A stretch of DNA of 64,000 nucleotides, from positions 76,572,001 to 76,636,000 of the forward strand of contig NC_086108.1 in the NCBI RefSeq assembly GCF_963921235.1, in the 5' to 3' direction. Each line of letters begins with the position of its first letter. Position 1 is the stretch's first letter. Origin of the DNA: Mobula hypostoma (lineage: Eukaryota). The position numbers and the translations under genes were made by a program. Of this stretch, positions 1-10,309 are shown piece by piece. The notes below the pieces were generated by a model. That model saw nothing but the letters and a program-made list of their open reading frames with translations. It made no database searches and was not told where the DNA came from.

Positions 1-190
1 ACGTCATACTCTCCACCCACCTTCTTATTCTAGCCTCTCCCACCCCCCATCCTTTTCAGTCCCAGTGAAGGGTCCCAGCCTGAAGCATCAACTGTTTATT
101 CCCCTCCATAGATACTGCCTGACCTACTGAGCTCCTGCTGGATTTTCCGTTGCTTATGGTTGAATACATCTGCAAAACTTCTTGTGCTTA
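1..190 (+). mobile_element. Degenerate Penelope-like 3' end (pLTR) fragment
   Basis: cagtcccagtgaagggtcccagcctgaagcatcaactg...agatactgcctgacct is a decayed version of the hammerhead-containing repeat intact at 33363-33400. Confidence 0.6.
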
Positions 191-421
191 TCTCATGCAA
201 GAAATACTAAGGCACAAAATGTTAAAAAAGGAATAAAGTGAATAATTTATCGAATAAACTCTTATTGGGCTTCAGCTGGGTACAGGTATCAATTATAACC
301 AATGTTTCCATGACAAACTCTGCCATCTTCATCAGGGATGATGCCTGGGCATGTCTAGTCTGGTGGTATTTATACCCCCATAGTCCATCCCTCCTGATTG
401 GTTAGTCTTCGTCCAATCAGG

Positions 422-619
422 TGTGGTGATATCACGTGTAATGACGTGTCAGAACGTGATTAGAAAGAGTTCTAAGCATGCACAGAAATGTTAGAATGAT
501 CTGGAACATGGCTTGGTAAAAACGTTGTTTGGTTTTGTTGCTGTAAATAAAAGTTCTAATTCTTCCAGAATATGATTCTTTATTGTTAACCCACGGTTCG
601 TATAAATAAGAACACAACA
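422..619 (+). repeat. 5' LTR
   Basis: tgtggtgatatcac...aacacaaca; about 12 substitutions and one 8-bp indel versus the 3' LTR by manual count; contains AATAAA. Confidence 0.93.
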
Positions 620-620
620 A

Positions 621-636
621 TGGTGTAAGAAGTCGG
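621..636 (+). other. Primer binding site, tRNA-Leu-like
   Basis: tggtgtaagaagt immediately after the LTR resembles TGGTGTCAGAAGT, the complement of a tRNA-Leu 3' end. Confidence 0.7.
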
Positions 637-733
637 TCTGGAAGAATAATACTTTCGCTAATACGGAAGAAGCGAAGATAATCGAAGACAAAAAGAGTTC
701 GAACTGTTTTGGTGTTTGCTAACAGTTTTAAAA

Positions 734-1140
734 ATGAAAGGTCTGCATCCTCCGCTGACACTTCAGCTGACTGGGAACATAGCTGAGAACTGGAGAAAAT
801 TTAAGCAACGTTTTGAAATGTATTTATCAGCGATCGAAGCTGATGATAAACTGGGAAAAAAACAAAAGCTGTGCTTCTACTTCACATAATAGGTGACGAC
901 GCAATAGAGGTATATAATCAGTTTATTTTTGAAGATGGAAATCATTTAAAATTAGAATCGACAATGGACAAATTTGAAGCATTTTGTATATCGAAGCGTA
1001 ATGTGACGTATGAAAGGCACAAATTTTTTACACGTGCACAGACAGCTGATGAAACAATTGATCAATATGTTACTGAATTGAGACATCGGAGCAAAACATG
1101 CGAGTTTGCAGAATTGACAGACTCTCTCATTAAAGACAGA
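734..1140 (+). pseudogene. Gypsy gag N-terminal remnant (one frameshift at A-run ~856-862)
   Basis: MKGLHPPLTLQLTGNIAENWRKFKQRFEMYL... then LLLHIIGDDAIEVY...RNVTYERHKFFTRAQ...ETIDQYVTELR...CEF...IKDR, typical Gypsy gag. Confidence 0.85.
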
Positions 1141-1562
1141 GAGAGCAAGAGAACAGAATTTGACTCCCAATGCGGCAAAAGTAAAAGTCATAAAGAAAGC
1201 TCCCAGACCCATCCCTTTGTTACCAGCATCTGACAAAGCAATGCCACCAAAACCAGGAGTTGCAATTCTGCCCTCTGGGAGTAACGCACATGCATCAATG
1301 GGCCATGCATTCCATCACAATCTCACCTCTGCAGGAGGACAGAGGCCAAACTTGCCGGTACAGTACAGTACTGATCTGAAGCCAAAAAGTGACAAGATTC
1401 TGGATCCAAATGAAGAAGTGAAAGCACAAGTGAAGGAATTGAGAAGTTTTATTGAAATGATGAAGTCTCAGCATAAAAAAAGAGATTACACAGTTAATGA
1501 ATGAATTAGATGAAGAAGATTCGTATTCATTACAAATGGAAGTGGAAGGAATTAAGAAAGCT
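1141..1562 (+). pseudogene. SH3KBP1: Captured processed fragment of SH3KBP1 (CIN85) 3' coding region, including coiled coil
   Basis: With indels repaired: ...SDKAMPPKPG...GGQRPNLP...KPK...EEVKAQVKELRSFIEMMKSQHKKEITQLMNELDEE..LQMEVEGIKKA, versus remembered human CIN85 SDNKASLPPKPG...GHRANSP...KPK...[52 protein letters not shown]. Confidence 0.85.
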
Positions 1563-1790
1563 ACAGTACTTGAAGTACAACCCAGATCATACATGGTCCA
1601 AACAGAAGAAGGAGCAGTGTTAAGAAGAAATCGCGAAGACCTTAAGAAAGAGCCAACTTCAGAGTTTCAGTTAACTGATGCAGACCAGACAAGACATGGA
1701 AATAACAATGAAACACAAGAACTGTGTGAACCACTTGGAAGGTCTACTTGTGTTCGTAAACCCCCAGAGAGACTGACAGAAACATATTAA
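1557..1790 (+). pseudogene. Gypsy pol/integrase C-terminal remnant
   Basis: KATVLEVQPRSYMVQTEEGAVLRRNR...RSTCVRKPPERL matches the PRSYxV...RRNR / RSxRxRKPPxRL tail of Gypsy integrases. Confidence 0.8.
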
Positions 1791-1832
1791 ATCATGAATT
1801 TGTTCTGAATGTTGCTAATTGTTTTTCTTTTT

Positions 1833-1845
1833 AAGGAAAGGAAGG
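1833..1845 (+). other. Polypurine tract
   Basis: aaggaaaggaagg directly before the 3' LTR. Confidence 0.85.
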
Positions 1846-2035
1846 TGTGGTGATATCACATGTAATGATATGTCAGAATGTGATTGGAAAGAGCTCTGAG
1901 CAAGCGCAGAAATGTTAGAATGATCTGGAACATGGCTTGGTAAAAACGTGGTTTGGTTTTGTTGCTGTAAATAAAAGTTCCAGTTCTTCCAGAATATGAT
2001 TCTTTATTGTTAACCCACGGTATAAGAACACAACA
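1846..2035 (+). repeat. 3' LTR
   Basis: Direct repeat of 422-619, followed by TSD tcagg. Confidence 0.93.
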
Positions 2036-3829
2036 TCAGGTTTCCACTCTCCCACCTTGTTTACAATCAAATTCCAGCTCTTACTTAGAACAAGACCTTC
2101 ATCTTTGTTAAAATCTTTTTCCTCTAGTTGTATTTCAATGGTTTCCTTTACTAGGCAGTCCCAAAAGCCATTGCTGCAGCACAGTAGTTTTGTGCCATCG
2201 ATATCAATCCTATGGCCATTGTGAATACTGTACAGTGTTCTGGTATCTCCGGTTTCTCCGAGTAACCCAAATGGATACACCACCTGTGCTCTTTCATACA
2301 GGTTTCCACCATGCGTCCTGTCTGGTTGATATACACTGCTCCACATTCACAGGGAATCCAGTAAACACCAGCTGACCTGAGTCCCAGGTCATCTTTGACT
2401 CACATAAGCTGTGATTTGAGCTTCCTTATGGGTTTGTGAATGGTATTAATTCAGTATTTCTTTAGGATCTTGGCAAATCTTGCAGAAACCGCAGAAATAT
2501 AGGGAAGACAGGCAGTAGTGACAGGTTCCTCCTCGTTGTTAGGTTTCCTGGTTCTTCCGTCAGCCCTCTTAAGGGCGTGGTTGATTTCCTTCATCTTGTA
2601 GCCATTCTGTAGGAACCTCGTACATAATCATCTTATTTTCTCATAGAGATTCTACAGGTCCGAAACAGTTTTCGCAGGGTTAATGAAAGTAGAAAGAACT
2701 GCTCTACGGAGGCATGATGGTGGCTGTTATTGTTCACGTACACGTCTGTGCGAGTAGGTTTCTGACAGACACCATGTCCGAGGCTACTGTCCAGTTTCCA
2801 TCATATTAGAATGTCCAGGAACAGGAGGCAAACATTGTTCTCCATCATAAATTGAATGTTTGGATGTGTACTGTTCAGATGGTCGTGGAACCGTTGGAGT
2901 GCCTGGAGTCCATGAGGCCAGACTGTGAAGGTGTCATCAACATATCTGAAGAAGCATTTTGGGCGTAAGGGGTGATGAACTCAGAGCCCTCTCCTCAAAG
3001 TCCTCCATGTAGAAATTAGCAATAGCCAGCAATAAAGACAATCCCATGGCCACTACGTCCATTTATTCATAGTCATTCCCCTTATAGAGGAAGTACATGG
3101 ATGTCAGGGTGCCTTCTAAAAGGTCAATGACACCCTCATCAAACCTTGATCACAAGAGGTCTAAGCTGTCCTTAATGGGAGTTCTTGTGAACAGGGACAC
3201 CACGTTGAAACTGACCATTAATGTCCTCAGCTGGCTGTTGGATACTGTTTTAATGAAGTTGGTCAAATTTGTGATGTGCTGCTCACAACTCCCAACAAAG
3301 GGAGATAACATGGTCATTAAATGCTTAGCAAGGTAGTAAGTCATAGAATCTATCCTGCTGACGATAGACCTCAATGGTAATCCTCCCTGTGTATCTTAGG
3401 GAGCCTGTGAAGTCTTGCTAGTACCAGCGCCTGAGGCACAAGTGTCTACATCTGCAATGGCCATAGGATTGACTTCGATGGCACAAAACAACTGTCCTGC
3501 ACCAATGGCTTTTGGGACTGCCTGGTGAAGGAAATCATTGAAATAAAACTAGATGAAAAGAATCTTAACAAAGACGAAAGTCTCACCCTAAGTAAGGATT
3601 GGAATTTAATTGTAAACAAGGTGAGAGAGTGGAAACTTGATTGGATGTGGACTACGGGGGGGGGGGGGTTTACAAACGCCACCCGACTAGACATACCCTG
3701 GTATCATCAAAATGTCGGTTATAATCGATAACTGCATCCAGCTGGAAGCCCAAGAAGTGCTTATTCATCTTATATGCCGGGAAAGCACTAGATTGTTTTT
3801 TTTTAATTATTTATGTCTGACAAAAGATA

Positions 3830-5545
3830 TTAAAGACCAGTTTCAATCAAAGGAAGATAATACAATGGCCAGAAAAAGTAGGTCTTAAGATTGGCAGCAT
3901 ATAGAACTGAAAGGGCCAAGAAATAGACAAAACAATAAAAAGCAAGATAGAAAATGCAAGTAGATGGCAAGAAACAAAAACACATTGCCAAAGCTTTTAT
4001 GGTATGTAACAAGGAAAAGATTAGCAAGGGCTCTTCACAGAAGAAGACAGGAAAATATATGACTGGAAAAGACAAACTGGAAGAGAACCAACAATTAGTC
4101 AAAACACAGTACTGGAGAAATTGAGCTTGAAAGCTCATAGATTCCATGAATCTGATCATCTGCGTCACTGAGATTTGGGGAGAAGATTGTAGAGATAATT
4201 AATGCTCTGCTCCTCAACATCCAGACTTCCTTTGATCCTGGAATTGTTCCTGTAAATTAAAGAGTAGTAAATGAGACCCCACTATTTAAGAAGAGTGGGA
4301 GGAAACGGAGTAACTGCGCTAGCTGAAAAACAGTAACAGGTAAAGAGCTGGAATTTACAATGAAAGGTGCAATCACAGAATATCTTGAAAATGACAATAA
4401 GATTGGGCCAAGTTGACACTGATTTATGAAAAGTAAATTGTGTTTGACTAATCACAGGAGTTCTTGGAGGAAACAACACACAGAATAAATAATGGGGAAC
4501 CTGTGGATGCAGTATATTTGGATTTTCAGAAGGCTTTCAATAAAAGTCCACACAGAAGATAAGTCAACAATGTTGGAGTACATGAAATCAAAGGGCAGTA
4601 TGCTGACAAGTATAGAAAGCAGAGAAGAAATAAACTACTGCTTCTCAAATCTGGCAGGTTGTAACTAATGGGGCACTGCAGGTGCTTGGCCCCAAACTGA
4701 TCACAATCCAGATCAGCAATTTGCCAGAGAAGAGCAAATGTCACAAGTTCAATAATGAACCAGGTGAGTGGGAATGGGGATGCAAAGATATCTCAAAGAG
4801 AAATGGACAAACTTACTAAGTGAGCAAAAATATGACAGAAAAATATAATTTCAAAGTATACGATGTAAATCACTTTGCAGAGCGTTTGTCAAATAATTGA
4901 CAACGTTGGCGTTCAAATGATGTGTTTGTACAGAAGTGCAGTTGGAAAATGATATGTTGGTCATCATGAGAGTTTTCAATTACAAGAATTAGGTAGTCTT
5001 ATTGGAATTATATAGGGCCTTTATAAGATCACCCCTAGATTTATGTACACAATTTCAGTCTTCTTACTTCAGAATGGGTATACCTGCCATAAAGAGATGC
5101 CAGTGAAGATTCACTAGATGGATTTATGATTCAGCAGATTTGCCATAAAAGGGGAGATTGAGTAGACTGGAATGATAATCTCCACAGTTCAAGAGAATGT
5201 CGGAAAATTGTTAAAGAGCTTAACAGACTGAATACAGGGAGGATGCTAAAAGTCTCGAACTAGGGGGCACGTCTAAGAATGAAGGATAGCATAGCTGTTT
5301 AGGAATGAGACCATGGAAAATTTCTTCACGGGGGTGGGGGGAGGGGGGTTTAGGATGGGATGACTGAACTTATGGAATTCTGAAGGACAATGGAAGTTCA
5401 GTCACTATTTTCTTTTAAAACAGACATCAATATATTTCTAGATATTCAAGGAATCAAGTGCAGAAAAACAGCACTTGCAGAAAAAAGCAGAAGACAGCAA
5501 AGATGATGAAGGGCCTGATAGAATATGCCTGCTCTGTATTATTAT
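3830..5545 (+). mobile_element. Old, heavily decayed CR1 LINE
   Basis: Remnants such as ccccactatttaagaag (TPLFKK) and gtatatttggattttcagaaggctttcaataaa (VYLDFQKAF), colinear with the CR1 at 6290; boundaries approximate. Confidence 0.7.
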
Positions 5546-5879
5546 GTTTTCATTTCCTTAACTTATCTCTCATAAATTCTATCATTCAACTTTACAATTT
5601 TTTTCAATGTACATGATTTGCCTTAAAGCATAATACAAACCAAAATTAAGCAGAGTCGAAGAAAAATTCGAAGTTTTTTTTCCCCATAACTTGGATACTG
5701 AGTAAAAAAGCTCCAGCTTAAACCATGGAACAAATTAGGGTAGTATCATGCAGTTGTAACTGAGTCTTCCCTTTAATATATGTGAAGGACAACACCAGCA
5801 CTTTTCTCAATGAGAATGGCAAAATAAGGAAATCAAAAGGCATTAGGTCCTGTTGTCCTCTCTATAACATTACTTCAAA

Positions 5880-6015
5880 CTTGAAGGAACTTGAAACGGA
5901 AACATTAATTCTGTTTCTCTTTCCACATGTCCAGGCTGATCTGCTGAGTGCTTCCACCATTTTGCGTTTTTATTTCAGACTTCTAATATCTACAATTTCT
6001 TTTTTGCTTTTCCGT
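5880..6015 (+). mobile_element. Degenerate Penelope-like 3' end fragment
   Basis: gaaacattaattctgtttctct...ctgatctgctgagtgcttccaccatttt...tttcagacttc resembles other copies in the window. Confidence 0.5.
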
Positions 6016-6289
6016 TCACAGGCATAAACCAAATTTACAATTCCTTTCTTTGCCAATATTAGCTGGATTATTTGCAAAATATATTGGCTTATTTCTACAA
6101 ATCCAAAGCATCTAAATTCATCAACTAGATGTTAATTATACAATATGACTGCAAGAACCCAGGATTAAGTCACCCAAATGACAAAAAGGACTAAATATAA
6201 GATGAAAGTACCAAATACTAGAAATGTGCATCATGTCAACTACCAATTGAAAGGGCAAATTAACATTTCAAGTATGAAGATCTCTTTAA

Positions 6290-8106
6290 AGATACTTAAA
6301 GTGTAAAGAGAGGTGAGAGTGGATATTGGACTGCTGAAAAACGATGCTGGAGAGGTAGTAATGGGGGACAACAAAATAGCAGATGAACTGAATAAGTATT
6401 TTGCACCAGTCTTCATTGTGGAATACACTAGCAGTATGGTGGAAGTTCCAGGTGTCAGGCGACATGAACTGTGTGAAGTTACCATAACTAGAGAGAGGTT
6501 CTTGGAAAAATGAAAGATCTGAAGATAGATAAGTCACCTGGATAAGATGGTGTACACCCCAGGATTCTTAAAGAGATGGCTGAAGAGTTGGCAGAGGCAC
6601 TAGTAATGATCTTTGAAGAATCACTAGGTTCTGGAATGGTTCCAGAAATCCGGAAAATTGCAACTGTCACTCCACTCTTTGTGGGAGAGAGGCAGAAGAA
6701 AGGAAACTATAGGCCAGTTAGTCTAACCTCAGTGGTTAGAAAAAAGGTGTTGGAGTTGATCATTAAGGATGAAGTCTCAGGGTACTTAAAGGCACACGAC
6801 AAAATAGGCCATAGGCAGCATGGTTTCATCAAGGGAAAAGCTTGCCTGACAAATCTGTTGGAATTCTTTGAAGTAACAAACAGAATAGACGAAGGTGAAT
6901 CACTTGATGCTGTGTACTTGAATTTTCAGAAGGCCTTTAACAAGGTGCCACATGAGGCTGCTTTACAAACTACGAGCCCATGGTATTACAGGAAAGATTT
7001 TAGCATGGCTAAAGCAGTGGCTGATTGGCAGGGTGCAAAGAGGAGGGAATAAAGGCAGTCTTTTCTGACTAGGTGCCGCTGACTAGTGGTGTTCCACAGG
7101 CATCTGTTTTGGAACCGATTCTTTTTACGATGTATGTCACCATGATTTGGATGATGGAAATTATGGCTTTGTTCCAAAGTTTGCAGACAATATGAAGATG
7201 GGTGGAGAGGCAGTGGAAGTTGAGGAAGTGAAGAGGCTACAGAAGGACTGAGATAGACTGGGAAAATGGGCAAAGAAATGGCAGATGGAATACACTGTTG
7301 GGAAGAGTCTGGTCATGCACTTTGGTAGAAGAAATGAAAGGGTTGACTATTTTATATTTGGAGAGAAAATACAAAAAACTGAGGTGCAAAGGGACTTGGG
7401 AGTCCTTGTGCAGGTTTCCTTGAAGGTTAATTTGCAGTTTGAGTCTGCGGTGAGGAAGACAAATGCAATGTTAGCATTCATTTCAAGAGGACGAGAATAT
7501 AAAAGTAAGGATGTAATATTGAAACTTTATAAAGCACTGGTGATGCCTCACTTGGAGTATTGCGAGCAGGTTTGGGCCCCTTATCTTAGAAAGGATATGC
7601 TGAAACTGTTGAGGGTTCAAAGAAGGTTCACAAAAATAATTCCAGGATTGAATGGTTTGTCACATGCAGCTTCTTTGATGGCTATGGGCCTGTATTCACT
7701 AGAATTCAGAAGAATGAGGGATAACCTCATTGAAACCTATCAAATGGTGATTGGCCTTGATAGAGTGGATGTGGAGAGGATGTTTCCTATGGTGGGAGAG
7801 TCTAAGACCAGAGGACACAGTTTCAGAATAGAGGGGCGTTCTTTTAGAACAGAGATGAGGAGGAATTTCTTTTGCCAGAGAGTGGTGAAGCTGTGGAATT
7901 CTTTGCCACATGCAGCTGTGGAGGCCAAGTCTTCATGTACATTTAAGACAGAGGTTGATAGATTCTTGCCTGGTCGGGGAATGAAAGGATACAAGGAGAA
8001 GGCAAGAGATTGGGGCTGAGAGAAAACTTGGATCAGCCATAATGAAATGGCAGAGAAGACTCGATGGGCCAAATGGCATAATTCTGCTTCTATATATTAT
8101 GGTCTT
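6290..8106 (+). mobile_element. 5'-truncated CR1 LINE, RT pseudogene
   Basis: Frameshifted ORFs with GNYRPVSLTSV, QHGF, CLTNLLEFFE, HLEYCEQVWAPY, FCQRVVKLWNSLP; CR1 3' tail ...ttatggtctt. Confidence 0.92.
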
Positions 8107-8229
8107 GAAAATAAACCCTGTTGAATGGTTTGTGTCCAAAATGTTAATAGATTTTTTTTCTCCGTGCTGATGTACTTCCAGGGCTGTTGTTTCAATCCTA
8201 AAAGAAAGTAAAAGTGCCCCAAAAACCTC

Positions 8230-8890
8230 CAACCATCAAAAGGCCGAGACTAAAACAGTTAAGTTTCCATGCTCCTCCTGCTCTCTCATCCCATTAACGA
8301 AATTAAAAGCTAAAGTCAAATGGATTGACCCCCAGCGCTCACTGCACAATCTCAGTTTATCCCAGGGTGACCTTAGACCAAACATTCTTAAGCAAGAAAA
8401 ACATTAACAAGATGGAAAATAAGGTCAGTTCTGAGAAGCTTGCAGATTTGGAAGGTTGGGGACGGATGGAGGGGTGGGGAAGGTATCCATCCACAACTAC
8501 AACGTCTCTGTTCACCTATATTATCCCTATTCTAAGTCTGCTGGCCTAGTCTAGGCCCGCCATGTTAAATGACAAGTGGAGAATCGTCACTGGCTACTAT
8601 AAGCCAATAAACGTCTATAACTTGTACATCCTCAACAGAATACCAGCGTTAAACAACCAAAGAGCTGTACTCAACCAAGGAGATCAGAAGTCTCAAGCAG
8701 GATTACAGATACCATCTACACATCTACAACTTTTCAATGCTGCAGAAAATACCAAAGATATCCCAACAACATAAGTAGCCATCAGTACTGGTACAACCAT
8801 CACCAACATGTTACAGCTGATACAACTGGCAAAACACATGGGGTAAGCATGGGTAAGCAATTGTGACAGAAGGAATCTGTGCGTCCTATT
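8230..8890 (+). mobile_element. Decayed Vingi/Ingi-like LINE fragment
   Basis: Broken frames give VTLDQT...K..KV..KLA...WG and LNDKWRIVTGYYKP, resembling the Vingi RT C-terminus. Confidence 0.5.
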
Positions 8891-8924
8891 TATTTGAAGT
8901 TAACTTATGTTATCCACAACTTAT

Positions 8925-9175
8925 AGACTTATTTTCAAGAACTCTACAACTCATGTTCTCAATATTATTTATTTATTTTTACTATTTTGTTTTTATTTTT
9001 GTATTTGCAGAGTTTGTTGTATTTTACCCATTGGTTGTTTGTCCATCTTTGTTTGTGTGCAGATTTTCATTGATTCTATTGTGTTTCTCTGTGTTTATTG
9101 TGAATGCCCACAATAAAATGAATCTCAGGGTAGTAGATGGTTGACATACATGTACTTTGATAACAAACTTACTAT
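8925..9175 (+). mobile_element. LINE 3' UTR fragment, Rex1/Babar-like
   Basis: T-rich tail ...aaaatgaatctcagggtagta...gacatacatgtactttgataa; same family inverted at 32425-32795. Confidence 0.6.
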
Positions 9176-9267
9176 TGTCAAATTTCTGCCAGCTCAGGAT
9201 CCTTTCATGGTCTACTCATGAATCTTGCATTAGGACTTGGCACAAGAAAAAAAATCAAGTTAGTTTA

Positions 9268-9370
9268 AGCAACACATACAAATTGCTGGAGGAAATCAGC
9301 AGCCAGACAGCTTCCATGGAAAAGAGTAAACAGTTGACATTTCATTTCGAGACCCTTCTTCAGGACTGGT
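9268..9370 (-). mobile_element. Penelope-like 3' end fragment
   Basis: tgctggaggaaatcagcag...cagttgacatttcatttcgagacccttcttcaggactgg, homologous to 33300-33400. Confidence 0.65.
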
Positions 9371-10019
9371 TTGTTCATGTGGTTAAGGCTACTTGAATTT
9401 TGGCATCAAATTATTGCACAACACTTTTCTACATTACCTTCAATAGTGCTTTTCTATCATTTGCAACAGCAAAATTATCACCAACATTTTAAATTATTTT
9501 GTTTCTCCAGTGCAAGAATGCAACATACATTATTCAAATTTTATAACCTTTTCATGTACTTCATGTGGCTTCCAACTGTCATTTACAACACACGAGATGC
9601 TGGGTCAGATAAGTATGTTGAATTATAAAGTTTTCTGAAACTCATCGACAGAAAATGAGTAGTCAGGTACCTGAAATAATCATTGCTGGGTTCACTCTTA
9701 ATCCATGCATTCCAAATTTCAAATCGAGATACCATAAGACCATTAGAAAGAGCTGTAGGTCTGACTAGCCTGATCTTGTGGCTGATCAAATTGACTTTGA
9801 GACTTGAAAATTTACTGAGCAGCCCAGAATATTCACAACTATTGTGTATCATTCTAACAACACTTTGCATTTACCCCATTAATCTTGTGTGTATCAATGG
9901 GACAGAGAGCAAAGACTGAATATCAAAGTTTCTCATTTTCCAGTGTGAACTAACAATTATCACAAAGTTAGAAGAAGGCACAATAGGCTGAACAAATATT
10001 GAACATAGCAGTGGAAAAC

Positions 10020-10205
10020 AAGACCATAAGATGAAGGAGCAGAATTATGCCATTCAGCCCATCAGGTCTGCTCCGTCATTCCATCATGGCTGATCCTGGA
10101 TCCCATTCAACCCCCACACACCTGCCTTCTCACTACATCCTTTGATACTCAGACCGATTAGGAAACGATCAACTTCAACTTCCGCCTTAAATATACCCAC
10201 GGACT
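10020..10205 (-). mobile_element. CR1 3' end fragment
   Basis: Minus reads SVGIFKAEVEVDRFLI followed by CR1 3' UTR and ...ttatggtctt tail. Confidence 0.8.
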
Positions 10206-10309
10206 TGAGCGTTATAGGATATGGTGTAGGCCATCTCAGGGATAGAACATAGAACATAGAATAGTACAGCACAGTACAGGCCCTTCGGCCCACAATGTTG
10301 TGCCGACCC

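Larger units (their letters stand above)
422..2035 (+). mobile_element. Non-autonomous Ty3/Gypsy LTR retrotransposon, internally deleted
   Basis: Direct LTRs 422-619 and 1846-2035 with TG...CA ends; 5-bp TSD tcagg (417-421, 2036-2040); PBS, PPT, gag remnant and integrase C-terminal tail; no RT/RNase H. Confidence 0.93.
251..3804 (-). mobile_element. Decayed Penelope-like retroelement (RT + GIY-YIG) with inverted terminal duplication, interrupted by an LTR element
   Basis: Minus strand reads RSIVSRIDSMTYYLAKHL..., MVSFNVVSLFT, FFRYVDDT (~2930-2950) and GVYWIPCECGAVYINQTGR...KEH (~2290-2370). 3446-3790 is an inverted copy of the 3' end. Possible TSD aataatttat (241-250) / aattatttat (3805-3814). 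Confidence 0.85.

Noticed and set aside
1141..1562. Real SH3KBP1 exon, or CD2AP origin
   Set aside because: Lies inside LTRs, is frameshifted and has no splice flanks; ELRS..E.MK.Q.K.EI.QL..ELDEE fits remembered CIN85 better than CD2AP.
1915..2346. 143-aa minus ORF as a gene
   Set aside because: Chance read-through from Penelope GIY-YIG tail into the antisense LTR.
9545..9600. Minus-strand GAA GCC ACA TGA as ERI3 DFEATC motif
   Set aside because: Stop codon and no matching context.
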